Shown here one piece after another: positions 51,244-64,000 of a stretch of 64,000 nt of DNA (positions within the stretch are counted from its first letter, which is position 1; each line of letters opens with the position of its first letter). The notes below the pieces were generated by a model, which ran no database searches, had not been told where the DNA came from, and saw only the letters and a program-made list of their open reading frames with translations. The stretch is from Methanotrichaceae archaeon (GTDB taxonomy: Archaea > Halobacteriota > Methanosarcinia > Methanotrichales > Methanotrichaceae), in contig CAVVKN010000007.1 in the NCBI GenBank assembly GCA_963748825.1, forward strand, positions 26,232 through 90,231, read 5' to 3'. The translations under genes and the position numbers were made by a program.

Positions 51244-51378
51244 TCAGAGATAAATAGGAACATCCCACTTATCCTGCCTTTCCTTTGGCGCATTTTTCTT
51301 TGACCAGACAGGATAGATGAGAATATTGCCTTGTTCATCTTCCTCTTGGATGGTCTGCTCTTTTTCTTCATCGCTCAT
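51244..51378 (-). CDS. Small hypothetical protein (44 aa)
   Basis: MSDEEKEQTIQEEDEQGNILIYPVWSKK; plausible composition only. Confidence 0.35.
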   Translation of the reverse strand: MSDEEKEQTIQEEDEQGNILIYPVWSKKNAPKERQDKWDVPIYL

Positions 51379-51467
51379 GTAAGGCGCCCCAAAGAAGGAG
51401 AAATGAAAAAAGAATAGGAATCTCCACGGCCCACTGCCCGGCCTTCCGCAAGGCTTTTGCCCTGGTA

Positions 51468-52265
51468 TCAATCCAGGATCTTGATGGCCTCTTCTGCCGT
51501 CTTGCCCTTATTGACAATGGCGGCAATGGCCATGGTCATCTTCACTGGGTCCTGATGCTGGAAGACATTTCTGCCGATGGCCACACCGCGCGCGCCCGCC
51601 TGAAGGGCTCCATCAATCATTTGCAGGAACTCCATGTCCGTCTCGGTCTTGGGCCCGCCAGCGATGACCACGGGCACCGGGCAGCCCTCCACCACGCGCC
51701 GGAAGGAATCGATATCGCCAGTGTAGTTGGTCTTGATGATATCTGCGCCAAGTTCCGCTCCGGCCCGGGCAGCGTGAGCCACTACCTCCACATCATTGGG
51801 ATTTAAGATGGCTTTGCCGCGCGGGTACATCATGGCTATGAGAGGCATGCCCCAGAAGTCACAGCGCTCGCTCACACAGCCAAGTATGCTGAGCTGATCG
51901 GACTCGGTCTCAGAACCGATGTTGATATGAACGGATACGGCATCCGCTCCCATCTTCAGGCACTCCTCCACCAGGCAGACCTGCACCTTGTTGTTGGGAT
52001 CGGGGCCCAGCGATGTGGATGCGCTCATGTGCACAATCAGACCAACATCCCGACCGTAGCCGCGATGTCCATGCCGGACCATTCCCTTCTGCTGGAGAAC
52101 GGCATTGGCACCACCCTTGGCCACCTTGTTTACCATTTCCGGCAGGTCGACCAATCCCTTGATAGGGCCAACGGATATGCCATGATCCAGTGGAATTATG
52201 ACTGTGTTCCCGCTGTCTCTGTCCATTATCCTTTCAATTCGAACTCTCTTGCCAATCTCACTCAA
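51468..52265 (-). CDS. aroA': 2-amino-3,7-dideoxy-D-threo-hept-6-ulosonate synthase (DhnA-type aldolase)
   Basis: [32 protein letters not shown]. Confidence 0.85.
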   Translation of the reverse strand: MSEIGKRVRIERIMDRDSGNTVIIPLDHGISVGPIKGLVDLPEMVNKVAKGGANAVLQQKGMVRHGHRGYGRDVGLIVHMSASTSLGPDPNNKVQVCLVEECLKMGADAVSVHINIGSETESDQLSILGCVSERCDFWGMPLIAMMYPRGKAILNPNDVEVVAHAARAGAELGADIIKTNYTGDIDSFRRVVEGCPVPVVIAGGPKTETDMEFLQMIDGALQAGARGVAIGRNVFQHQDPVKMTMAIAAIVNKGKTAEEAIKILD

Positions 52266-52385
52266 ATCGTATCATCCCGTAAATGCTAACATGCTACATG
52301 CTAACACGTATCATATTTAAGGGTTACGATTAATTTGATCGAGGCTCAAAAAAGTGACAGATTAATAAAAAAATTAGAAAATTGA

Positions 52386-52751
52386 TTAGCTGCAACCGCA
52401 GTCGCTATGATCGTGGTCGCAACTGCTGTGATCATGCTCGCAGCTATCGACATTGGCGCAAGAACCACAACTTGATATTTCATCCTCAGGGCCCCGAATG
52501 ATGAAACCGGTTCCACGATCGTCGTCCACATAATCAATTATGGTCTCGCTGAGCAGTTCAGTATCTTTTGGACTCATGTAGACCTTCACGCCCCGGCTCT
52601 CAAAGACTTTGTCACCCTCTTCCACGTCTCCCAAGGCCAGACCATAATTCGCGCCGGTAGAATCAATAGCTGCCAGGAACATCCTGATCACTTTGCCCTC
52701 TACCAGGCTGCGTTTTATCATATTAGCTGCCGACTCTGTAATCTCGATCAT
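52386..52751 (-). CDS. HesB/IscA-family Fe-S assembly protein with His/Cys-rich tail
   Basis: IEITESA...IDYVD...GF...SCGSC; lacks the N-terminal GCxG Cys. Confidence 0.7.
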   Translation of the reverse strand: MIEITESAANMIKRSLVEGKVIRMFLAAIDSTGANYGLALGDVEEGDKVFESRGVKVYMSPKDTELLSETIIDYVDDDRGTGFIIRGPEDEISSCGSCANVDSCEHDHSSCDHDHSDCGCS

Positions 52752-52861
52752 GAATAACACTCCAAATGTACATCTTCGCAAAACTCGTATTTAAAGCATT
52801 ATTATCCGGATTTTCAGGCAAGATAGAGGATTTATCATCGAGGAGCACCAAGGGATAAACC

Positions 52862-53872
52862 ATGGGCGTTGATTTGGGAGACCTGCTCAAGAGAAAGAAG
52901 ATCGAGATAAAGGATCTCTCCGGAAGATGGGTGGCGATCGATGCCTTCAACACCCTCTACCAGTTCCTGAGCATAATCCGGCAAAAAGACGGCACGCCGC
53001 TTATGGACAGCCAGGGAAGGGTGACCTCGCATCTATCCGGTTTATTGTACCGCACTACCAATCTCATTGAGGCCGGGGTCAAGGTGGCCTTTATCTTCGA
53101 CGGAGAGCCGCCTTCCTTTAAGGCAGAAACGCTTGCGCAGAGGTCAGAGATAAGAGATAAAGCGGCAGCCGCCTGGCAAGAAGCAAAGGCCGCCGGCCAG
53201 GATGGATTCAAGTATGCTCAGGCGGCCTCCCGTATCAACTCCGAGATCCTGGAGGATGGAAGAAGGCTTATTTTGGCCATGGGGCTTCCCGTCATTCAGG
53301 CCCCATCGGAAGGCGAAGCACAGGCAGCTCGCATGTGCGCCAGGGGCGACGTCGAACTTGTGGGCAGTCAGGACTACGATTCGCTTCTTTTTGGTGCTCC
53401 CCAGGTGGTGAGGAACCTGGCCATCACCGGCAAGCGGAAGCTTCCCAAGAAGAATGTTTACGTGGATGTAGAGCCAGAGATTATCAATTTAGAAGAAGGG
53501 CTGGCACGCCTGGGCATCAGCCGAAAGCAGCTTGTGGAGATCGGCATCATGTGCGGCACAGACTACAACGGCGGCTTAACCCGGGTCGGCCCAAAGACGG
53601 CTCTAAAGCTGATCAGGGAGAAGGGAGATCTGGAATCCATCCTGGCCGAGCAGGAGGAGAAGATCGAGAGCTTCGCACAGATCCGGGAATTCTTCCTTCA
53701 TCCCGATGTCACGGATGATTATGAGGTTAAGATGAAAAAGCCCCGAGTGGATGAGATTGTCTCCTTCCTGGTTGAAGAGCGGGACTTTGATAGAGAGAGA
53801 GTGGAAAAGACGGCAGGAAGGCTGGAGGAGGTTTACACGCGTGGCCAGAGCACACTCGACCGCTGGTTCTAA
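52862..53872 (+). CDS. fen: Flap endonuclease 1
   Basis: MGV, DAFNTLYQF, EGEAQ, SQDYD, GTDY, PIP box QSTLDRWF. Confidence 0.95.
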   Translation: MGVDLGDLLKRKKIEIKDLSGRWVAIDAFNTLYQFLSIIRQKDGTPLMDSQGRVTSHLSGLLYRTTNLIEAGVKVAFIFDGEPPSFKAETLAQRSEIRDKAAAAWQEAKAAGQDGFKYAQAASRINSEILEDGRRLILAMGLPVIQAPSEGEAQAARMCARGDVELVGSQDYDSLLFGAPQVVRNLAITGKRKLPKKNVYVDVEPEIINLEEGLARLGISRKQLVEIGIMCGTDYNGGLTRVGPKTALKLIREKGDLESILAEQEEKIESFAQIREFFLHPDVTDDYEVKMKKPRVDEIVSFLVEERDFDRERVEKTAGRLEEVYTRGQSTLDRWF

Positions 53873-54854
53873 CTCCGGCTTTTCCGGCTACGACCTGGAC
53901 CTGGATAAAGCTATAGAGCTTATCCAAAAGAGCGGGGCGCGCCGGGTGGGCCTGCAGGCTCCGGAGGGGCTGAAGAGGGCCATGCCCGGCTTAGCACGAC
54001 GCATTGAGGAGAAGACGGGAGCCGAGGTCATCATCTCGGGAGATCCCTGCTTTGGGGCCTGCGACGTGGACATGCAGCTGGCCCTGGAGGTGGATCTGAT
54101 GCTCCATCTGGGCCATGCACAGCTTGAGGAAGGGTCTGACAATGTCATCTTTCTGGAAGCCAGGATGAAAGAAGACCTAAGAGAGGTGGTCGAGAAGGCA
54201 GCCCAAGTCCTCAAGGCCAGGAGAGTGGGCGTTACTACTACCATCCAGCATGTGCACAAGCTCGACCAGGCGCTGGAGGCCCTCAAGGCACATGGCATCG
54301 AAGGCCTGCTGGGGCCCGCTGGGGAGCGGGTCAAGTATCCAGGCCAGGTCTTGGGCTGCAGCTACAGCACGGCCAGGGCCCTGGATGTGGAGGAGTATCT
54401 CTTCATCGGTACGGGACAGTTTCATCCTCTGGGCATTGCTTTGGCCACGGGCAAGAGAGTGGTGATAGCAGATCCAGTTACCGGCGAGGTATCGGAGATC
54501 GACATCGATCCCATGCTACGCAGACGCTTTGGGGCCATCACTCGGGCCGGGGAGGCGAAGCGCTTCGCCATACTGGTATCCAAGAAGCCCGGACAGAAAC
54601 GGATGGCGCTTGCAGAGCGGCTGAAGGCCTTGGGCGAGGCCAGAGGGCTGGAGATGTTTCTGGTCTATTTAGACAACATCGAGCCGGACCGGCTGCTCAA
54701 CCTGGGGGCCGAGGCGGCAGTGTCCACAGCCTGCCCCAGGGTGGCGCTCGATGATGCTGCTAAGTATCGAATTCCCATTCTCACGCCGCCCGAGTTCGAG
54801 GTGCTGCTGGGGGAGAGAGAGTGGGAGGAATATGAGTTTGATGAGATTGAATAA
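53841..54854 (+). CDS. dph2: Diphthamide biosynthesis enzyme Dph2
   Basis: QAPEGL, PCFGACD, GQVLGC, TACPR; GTG start after GGAGG. Confidence 0.9.
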   Translation: MARAHSTAGSNSGFSGYDLDLDKAIELIQKSGARRVGLQAPEGLKRAMPGLARRIEEKTGAEVIISGDPCFGACDVDMQLALEVDLMLHLGHAQLEEGSDNVIFLEARMKEDLREVVEKAAQVLKARRVGVTTTIQHVHKLDQALEALKAHGIEGLLGPAGERVKYPGQVLGCSYSTARALDVEEYLFIGTGQFHPLGIALATGKRVVIADPVTGEVSEIDIDPMLRRRFGAITRAGEAKRFAILVSKKPGQKRMALAERLKALGEARGLEMFLVYLDNIEPDRLLNLGAEAAVSTACPRVALDDAAKYRIPILTPPEFEVLLGEREWEEYEFDEIE

Positions 54855-54878
54855 GCTGAAGAATTGGAGCGCTGTAAT

Positions 54879-55160
54879 ATGAAAACCCCTTTTCAGATTC
54901 ATAAAGAAGGGAAATATTTCGTGGCAATAGACTTGATCACAAATGTAGCGGATCAAGGATTCACGGAAAACGAAGCTGTCTCCAATTTAAAGAAGGGACT
55001 TGAGGAGCATTATCAGGTTCTTTTAGAGCTGGATCCCAAAGGACGAAAGCTCTCTTTCTAGGATATCAAGGTAGAAGAGCTTGCTCAGGCTTCCGGCAAT
55101 TTCGGCTAAAAAAGCCATTCAGGCCCAGGAGCAGTTAGGCTTTAGGGTCTCGGCCTTGAA
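54879..55160 (+). pseudogene. hicB (internal TAG at 55059-55061) plus truncated hicA
   Basis: DQGFTENEAVSNLKKGL = HicB, frame continues DIKVEELAQASGNFG* to 55109; overlapping TTG frame MLRLPAISAKKAIQAQEQLGFRV = HicA start, then breaks. Confidence 0.65.
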
Positions 55161-55647
55161 GAGATGATTCGTCTGCCCGCCGCCGGGGACGCGCGCCCGA
55201 GCGGGGGGCCGGGGCGGCGCAGGACGCGAGCGCGTGACAATAGGAGGGCTTTGAAGAATGCAAATCTGTGATCCTGCAATATTATTGGATTTGGCAAGGG
55301 TCTGGAATCTGAGATCTCCCCTGGGTGTTCTATACTGAGATTGGTTTTGAAATCCATAAGGCTGATGCACCAGGAATACTGATGAGAAGAATCTGATAAA
55401 AAGGCTCAAGAGCCATGATCCCTTTATTGGTTGGGTTTTATCATACTGTGTCAAACAAAGTTGACAGATTCAATGGAAAAGCTCCAGAAGGCAAATACAT
55501 TCCCGCAGGAATAAGAAGAAAGGACTTAAGAAGTACAAACTCAATATCTGAGAAAAAATATGACACGCACAACAATAGGTTTAAAGGGATGTTTAATTCG
55601 CGGAGAGGCTCAGGAAAAACTCGGCTATACCGATGGGATGCAAAACC

Positions 55648-56763
55648 ATGAGTGAATATTCGGAGATATTCGAAATCGCCGACCATTTGTCTGATATGGC
55701 GACTAAGTGTGATGCAAGGCCTCTGGACAAGATGATTAAGGCTGCAGAAGAAGTAGGCAAATCGTGGAGCGGTTCCTGGTGGGGCTACCATTCTCGAGTC
55801 TACTATAAGGATCTCCGACCAGTTCCACCCGGTGCCCGGTTCAGTAAGGAATGGGGCTTCATGGACACCCACTTCTTCCAAGAAACTGTCGGAGAATGGG
55901 CAGAATATGAATTCGAAGGTGTCGTTAGCGCTATACATAAAATGGCAGGGAATCCCAATTGCCGCAGAGTCAAAGAATTTGCCATACAGGCGAAAACGCT
56001 CTTTGATGAATCCCAAGCTCGCATGCTGTCGTTGCTGTCTCCAGCACTCCAAGATCATACGACCGATTCATTCCTAAATGATATTACAGAGAATATCAAG
56101 AAGAAACGTATCATTTCTGAATCCGATTTTATCCACTATATGGCTCCAAAAGGAATAGTTATGTCTCGGGATACTAATGCAATTCAGGCAGGCATTATGA
56201 CGCCCCCGCACATCTCTATTATGGCAAAGGTAAACGCAATACGAAGTCCTTTCACTGCCTGTGATGAATTGGGCAAACTAGCACGACGTGTCGCATCTCA
56301 TCTTGAGAATTTGGAGAGAAGGCAACGGCGTGAGGCGCGGATTGGCATAAAAGTATTCATTGGGCATGGACAATCACGTGTCTGGAAAGACTTGAAAGAC
56401 TTCATACAGGATAGACTCCATTTGCCATGGGACGAGTTTAACAGAATTCCTGTTGCGGGAGTATCCAACATGGCTCGACTGTCTCAAATGCTTGATGACG
56501 CTGCCATAGCATTCCTGATCATGACAGGAGAAGACGAGCAGGCGGACAACAAGATCCATGCGAGAATGAATGTAGTTCACGAGGTGGGTCTCTTCCAGGG
56601 CAGGCTTGGTTTCGAGAAAGCAATCGTTCTGCTTGAAGATGGTTGCGAGGAGTTTTCCAATATCAACGGCCTCGGCCAGGTAAGGTTCCCCAAAGGAAAC
56701 ATTACAGCCGCATTTGAAGAAATTAGACGTGTACTTGAGAGAGAAAATCTGATTGAGGATTGA
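55648..56763 (+). CDS. TIR-domain protein (Cap12/PycTIR-type TIR at C-terminus, unknown N-terminal domain)
   Basis: KVFIGHG, AFLIMTGED, ARMNVVHEVGLFQGRLG (catalytic Glu), FSNINGL. Confidence 0.82.
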   Translation: MSEYSEIFEIADHLSDMATKCDARPLDKMIKAAEEVGKSWSGSWWGYHSRVYYKDLRPVPPGARFSKEWGFMDTHFFQETVGEWAEYEFEGVVSAIHKMAGNPNCRRVKEFAIQAKTLFDESQARMLSLLSPALQDHTTDSFLNDITENIKKKRIISESDFIHYMAPKGIVMSRDTNAIQAGIMTPPHISIMAKVNAIRSPFTACDELGKLARRVASHLENLERRQRREARIGIKVFIGHGQSRVWKDLKDFIQDRLHLPWDEFNRIPVAGVSNMARLSQMLDDAAIAFLIMTGEDEQADNKIHARMNVVHEVGLFQGRLGFEKAIVLLEDGCEEFSNINGLGQVRFPKGNITAAFEEIRRVLERENLIED

Positions 56764-56964
56764 AGGCCAAACCAACGTATTGAGGCTACTCAGAATCCAG
56801 GTCAGCCCGAAATTTGGGAAGAACATCAGCACGGGTTCCTCAAGCCTAATGCGCAGCGTTCAGCGGAGAATTGATATTGAGAGGGAGCACACAACGTCAG
56901 CGGAGAGAAGTGAAACTGCGGCAGCGCACCCGCGCAGCGAGCTGCGCTGTATTACGCTTTAAAA

Positions 56965-57003
56965 TCAAGCTTTGCGAAAATAAGATTAGGTGAGCACGGC
57001 AGC
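56965..57003. repeat. Direct repeat of the 5S rRNA 3' end and its downstream flank (matches 57087-57129)
   Basis: tcaagctttgcgaaaata...attaggtgagcacggcagc occurs twice, 122 nt apart. Confidence 0.85.
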
Positions 57004-57117
57004 TCTCTGCAGCTTGGCCTCTTAGGGCGCATAGCAGCCCCATCGACCGTGCAGCATAGCTAAGTGGTAATAGCAATCCAATAATTTCAAGCTTTGCGAA
57101 AATAGATTAAATTAGGT

Positions 57118-57244
57118 GAGCACGGCAGCGATCTACAGTTCCCGAGAGCTCGCGCATCTGAGTACAGTGCAGAACGTGGACAGGCTTATCTTCTGAGTTC
57201 GGAATGGGTTCAGGAGTTTCCCTGTCGCTCTGGCCGCCATGCTC
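57118..57244 (-). rRNA. rrf: 5S rRNA
   Basis: GGCGGCCAGAGC...CCCATTCCGAACTCAGAAGATAAGCC...CGCTGCC; ends approximate. Confidence 0.92.
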
Positions 57245-57247
57245 GAT

Positions 57248-57306
57248 TCCAAGTACCGGAATCGAACCGGTTTAGTGCCTCCCCGGGCCGTAACCCGGGG
57301 TCTTGG
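57248..57306 (-). ncRNA. tRNA-like (acceptor plus T-arm) element in the 23S-5S spacer
   Basis: CCAAG/CTTGG stem, ACCGG-TTCGATT-CCGGT T-arm, CCCCGGG/CCCGGGG hairpin; ends about 3 nt before 5S. Confidence 0.6.
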
Positions 57307-57319
57307 GTTATAGTGCCTT

Positions 57320-57351
57320 AAGCTTTGCGACCAGATTTCGCCCGAGTTTAG

Positions 57352-57354
<3 letters not shown>
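57320..57354. repeat. 23S processing stem arm (inverted repeat with 60258-60292)
   Basis: aagctttgcgaccaga (57320-57335) is the exact reverse complement of 60277-60292; gagtttagtgg (57344-57354) pairs with 60258-60268. The gap between could hold a bulge-helix-bulge. Confidence 0.75.
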
Positions 57355-60250
<2,896 letters not shown>

Positions 60251-60375
60251 TTATGCCCCACTAAACTCAGTGAGCGTCTGGTCGCAAAGCTTGTGCACGG
60301 CATCATCGGACCGCTCCGTCAAGAACGGACCTTCGCCCTTCCACATCGAGTCTGCCTCAATGTGTGCATTGTAAT

Positions 60376-60448
60376 TGGACTTGCTGGGATTCGGACCCAG
60401 GGCCTCCGCCTTGCAAAGGCGGCGCTCTACCAGCTGAGCTACAAGCCC
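60376..60448 (-). tRNA. tRNA-Ala(TGC)
   Basis: GGGCTTGTAGCTCAGCTGGTAGAGCGCCGCCTTTGCAAGGCGGAGG...AAGTCCA in the 16S-23S spacer. Confidence 0.97.
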
Positions 60449-60569
60449 GGGTACTAGCCCCAGCTAATAATCAGAATAGCTGGCTAATTGGTTCTCTTTT
60501 TGGTCTCGGTCGACATTTTCAGCTTCCAACTGGTTACGGGTGGGTATGCTTGTGCATACCCATAACGTT

Positions 60570-62040
<1,471 letters not shown>

Positions 62041-62239
62041 TCATCTAGGAAGTATTTAACTTAATATGTTATTCCGAACCAGTCGGAATTGGCTGAGTCG
62101 CCAAGACCAATGTCAGACACGAAAAAACTCGCGTCTCCATCTCTTTTTATCGCAACTTTGGACCTGGCCCTTCAATGATATCCGGGCCCAGCTTTGGGGT
62201 TGCGACGCCTCATCGGCCCAATTCTGTACGCAATACTAC

Positions 62240-62523
62240 TATTTAAAGGTTGCCTTTCAGCAAACTTCTATTGCATCCATTATTGGCCTAATTCGAAAGG
62301 TGTTCGTGCTATTTATATCTTTTGGCTCATCCGGACTTACCCAGGAAGGGAAATCGCGAAATGGACCAGAAAACTTGAACCCTTTTCGGCAGCCATTGTG
62401 ATCGAAGTTCGTATTTAAAGATTTCGCCCCATCATGCCTCCCCGGTTTTGATCAGGAGGCGGAAGCAAAGCCCTCGAACCCATCGCATCGGCCTTCACCC
62501 TTAAGGGATGATGGGTATTTAAA
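62240..62523 (-). promoter_or_regulatory. Tandem TATA boxes upstream of the rRNA operon
   Basis: Minus-strand TTTAAATA at 62240-62247, 62412-62419, 62516-62523 and TATAAATA at 62310-62317, some with purine-rich BRE. Confidence 0.55.
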
Positions 62524-62641
62524 GATAGCGCAACAAAAAATAGGGAAATCAAGCGACTGGACTTTAGATAATATTAATCATATTAAACCATTCCGGACAG
62601 ATATGCCTATCAACCGCACAGGAAGCAGTAACCTCGCGCTA

Positions 62642-64000
62642 TCAACTTCGCTTGAGAATTATGAGGGTTACGTCGGAAGAGGCAGGCTTTACCTTGGAAT
62701 AATCCAGCAGATTCTTCTCCGCGACCATCAGTATCTCCGAGGCAGGGCGATCCCTATTGTTTATGACCAGATTTATCAGCCGCTCTATGCCGAATTGCTT
62801 CTTAAAGCCGTTCTCAGCTTCAACGACACCATTGGAATACATGACCATGACATCGCCCGGCTGAATGGGTATGAGCGTCCTTTCCAGCTCCATCCTATCC
62901 AGCATACCAAGAGCAATGCCTCCCCCACCCAATGTATCCACCATCCCTCCTGGATCGACGATGAAAGGAGGATTAAAGCCGGCATTCACATACTCTAAAG
63001 TGTGGTTTACGGGATCTAATAGAGCATAAAAGCATGCCAGATTAGTTCCGTGACCATGCTGATTTATCTGCGAATTCAGGTCACTGATGGCCTTTGCCGG
63101 ATCCAATTTATCAGGCGAGGCGCGAATGAGCGTTCGCGACATGATGGCAAGCATGGCCGCCTGGACACCATCTCCTCCTACACCCGCCATGGCGAAGGCA
63201 ATTTTATCATCTGCGCGGGTAATATCATAGATATCAAAACTATTCATCTCAGAAGGCCAGTAAAGCGTCCGGATCTCGTACCCCTCTTCCTGTGGCACAT
63301 GTGCCGGAACGAGATTGCGCTTTACTCCCTCAAGAAAGGCCATTTCCTTGCCAGAGCCGCCCCGCAAAACCGCATCATCCTCCTGCCTTGCCACGTATCC
63401 CTTGAGACCCCGCGCCATTTTATTGAAGGAGACTGCTAAGACAGCCAGCTCGCCTGAGGTCTTCGCCTCGACGTCAAACTCGCCGCGCGAAATTTTCTCA
63501 GCCACGCCGACAAGAGAGGTTATCTGGCCGTCGATCCTTCTGCTCAGCCACCATCCCGCCCCCAGCACAAGAAAAACAGTGAGGACGAAGATGATCAGCG
63601 CATAATCGCGAACTCTTCGCGAGGCATCATTCAAGCCGGCAGTTACGCTCCTGGCAACATCCTTGATACCTGAATCTATGTATCGCGCCGGCAGGCTCAT
63701 CTCTTCGGCAGGATAGGCAATGCAGAAGATCCAGCCAAGTGTAGCTATGCGCGAGAAAGCCACATAACCGTCCCCATTCCCCAGACCCACCACATTGGAA
63801 CCGAAGCTTTCTCTTAACATGCCTTTGCCCAGCGCCCTAACCTCGGGGTTGGTGGATTCAAAGAGATTATCTGCTACGAAGAGGTCTTTCAGATCGTTTT
63901 CCGGCTTATTTTTTGGCCGGTATATTATCAGGCCGGACGAATCCATAATAAAGGGATATCCTCTTCCCTTCAGGGACGACAGGTCGCTGTAAATCGGATT
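62642..64000 (-). CDS. Cache/HAMP/SpoIIE (PP2C-type) phosphatase-like membrane protein, 5'-partial
   Basis: Cache-like GWIFCIAYP, TM, HAMP (ELAVLAVSFNKMA), SpoIIE YVNAGFNPP, QFGIERL. Confidence 0.8.
   Translation of the reverse strand, partial: NPIYSDLSSLKGRGYPFIMDSSGLIIYRPKNKPENDLKDLFVADNLFESTNPEVRALGKGMLRESFGSNVVGLGNGDGYVAFSRIATLGWIFCIAYPAEEMSLPARYIDSGIKDVARSVTAGLNDASRRVRDYALIIFVLTVFLVLGAGWWLSRRIDGQITSLVGVAEKISRGEFDVEAKTSGELAVLAVSFNKMARGLKGYVARQEDDAVLRGGSGKEMAFLEGVKRNLVPAHVPQEEGYEIRTLYWPSEMNSFDIYDITRADDKIAFAMAGVGGDGVQAAMLAIMSRTLIRASPDKLDPAKAISDLNSQINQHGHGTNLACFYALLDPVNHTLEYVNAGFNPPFIVDPGGMVDTLGGGGIALGMLDRMELERTLIPIQPGDVMVMYSNGVVEAENGFKKQFGIERLINLVINNRDRPASEILMVAEKNLLDYSKVKPASSDVTLIILKRS

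Noticed and set aside
55059-55061. Pyrrolysine read-through of the TAG in hicB
   Set aside because: Methanothrix is not known to have pyl genes, none are in the window, and the adjacent hicA is also broken; a nonsense mutation is simpler.
55250-55620. Possible decayed gene upstream of the TIR gene
   Set aside because: Multiple stops in all frames; no family could be supported.

Overview
Archaeal chromosome segment from an acetoclastic methanogen; the 16S rRNA and gene content point to Methanothrix (Methanosaeta) or a close relative. Left part (1-25 kb): housekeeping and accessory genes (split class I fumarate hydratase, CbiA/CfbB, N-glycosylation-rich secreted proteins, modA plus DUF364, aldehyde dehydrogenase, hybrid histidine kinase, SerB, Na/Pi cotransporter, formate dehydrogenase alpha, P-type ATPase) mixed with IS and pseudogene debris. 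Centre (25.3-45.5 kb): a defence island built on a type 1 BREX locus (brxA-brxB-brxC-pglX-pglZ-brxL). It carries nested cargo: an antisense ABC-ATPase plus small nuclease-like pair, a HEPN-like gene coupled to an unusual ParA/MinD plus second P-loop dual-ATPase (best candidate for an undescribed system), and a DUF6398-like gene. pglX has many frameshifts clustered in and around its AT-rich specificity region. Right part: rps19e-to-ftsY operon, aroA', HesB/IscA, fen, dph2, a broken hicBA, a stand-alone TIR-domain gene, a complete minus-strand rRNA operon (16S-tRNA-Ala-23S-5S) with a tRNA-like element before 5S and a duplicated 5S 3' end, and a partial, apparently degenerate SpoIIE-type phosphatase. 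No CRISPR array was seen. All family calls are from motif recognition by eye, not database searches.
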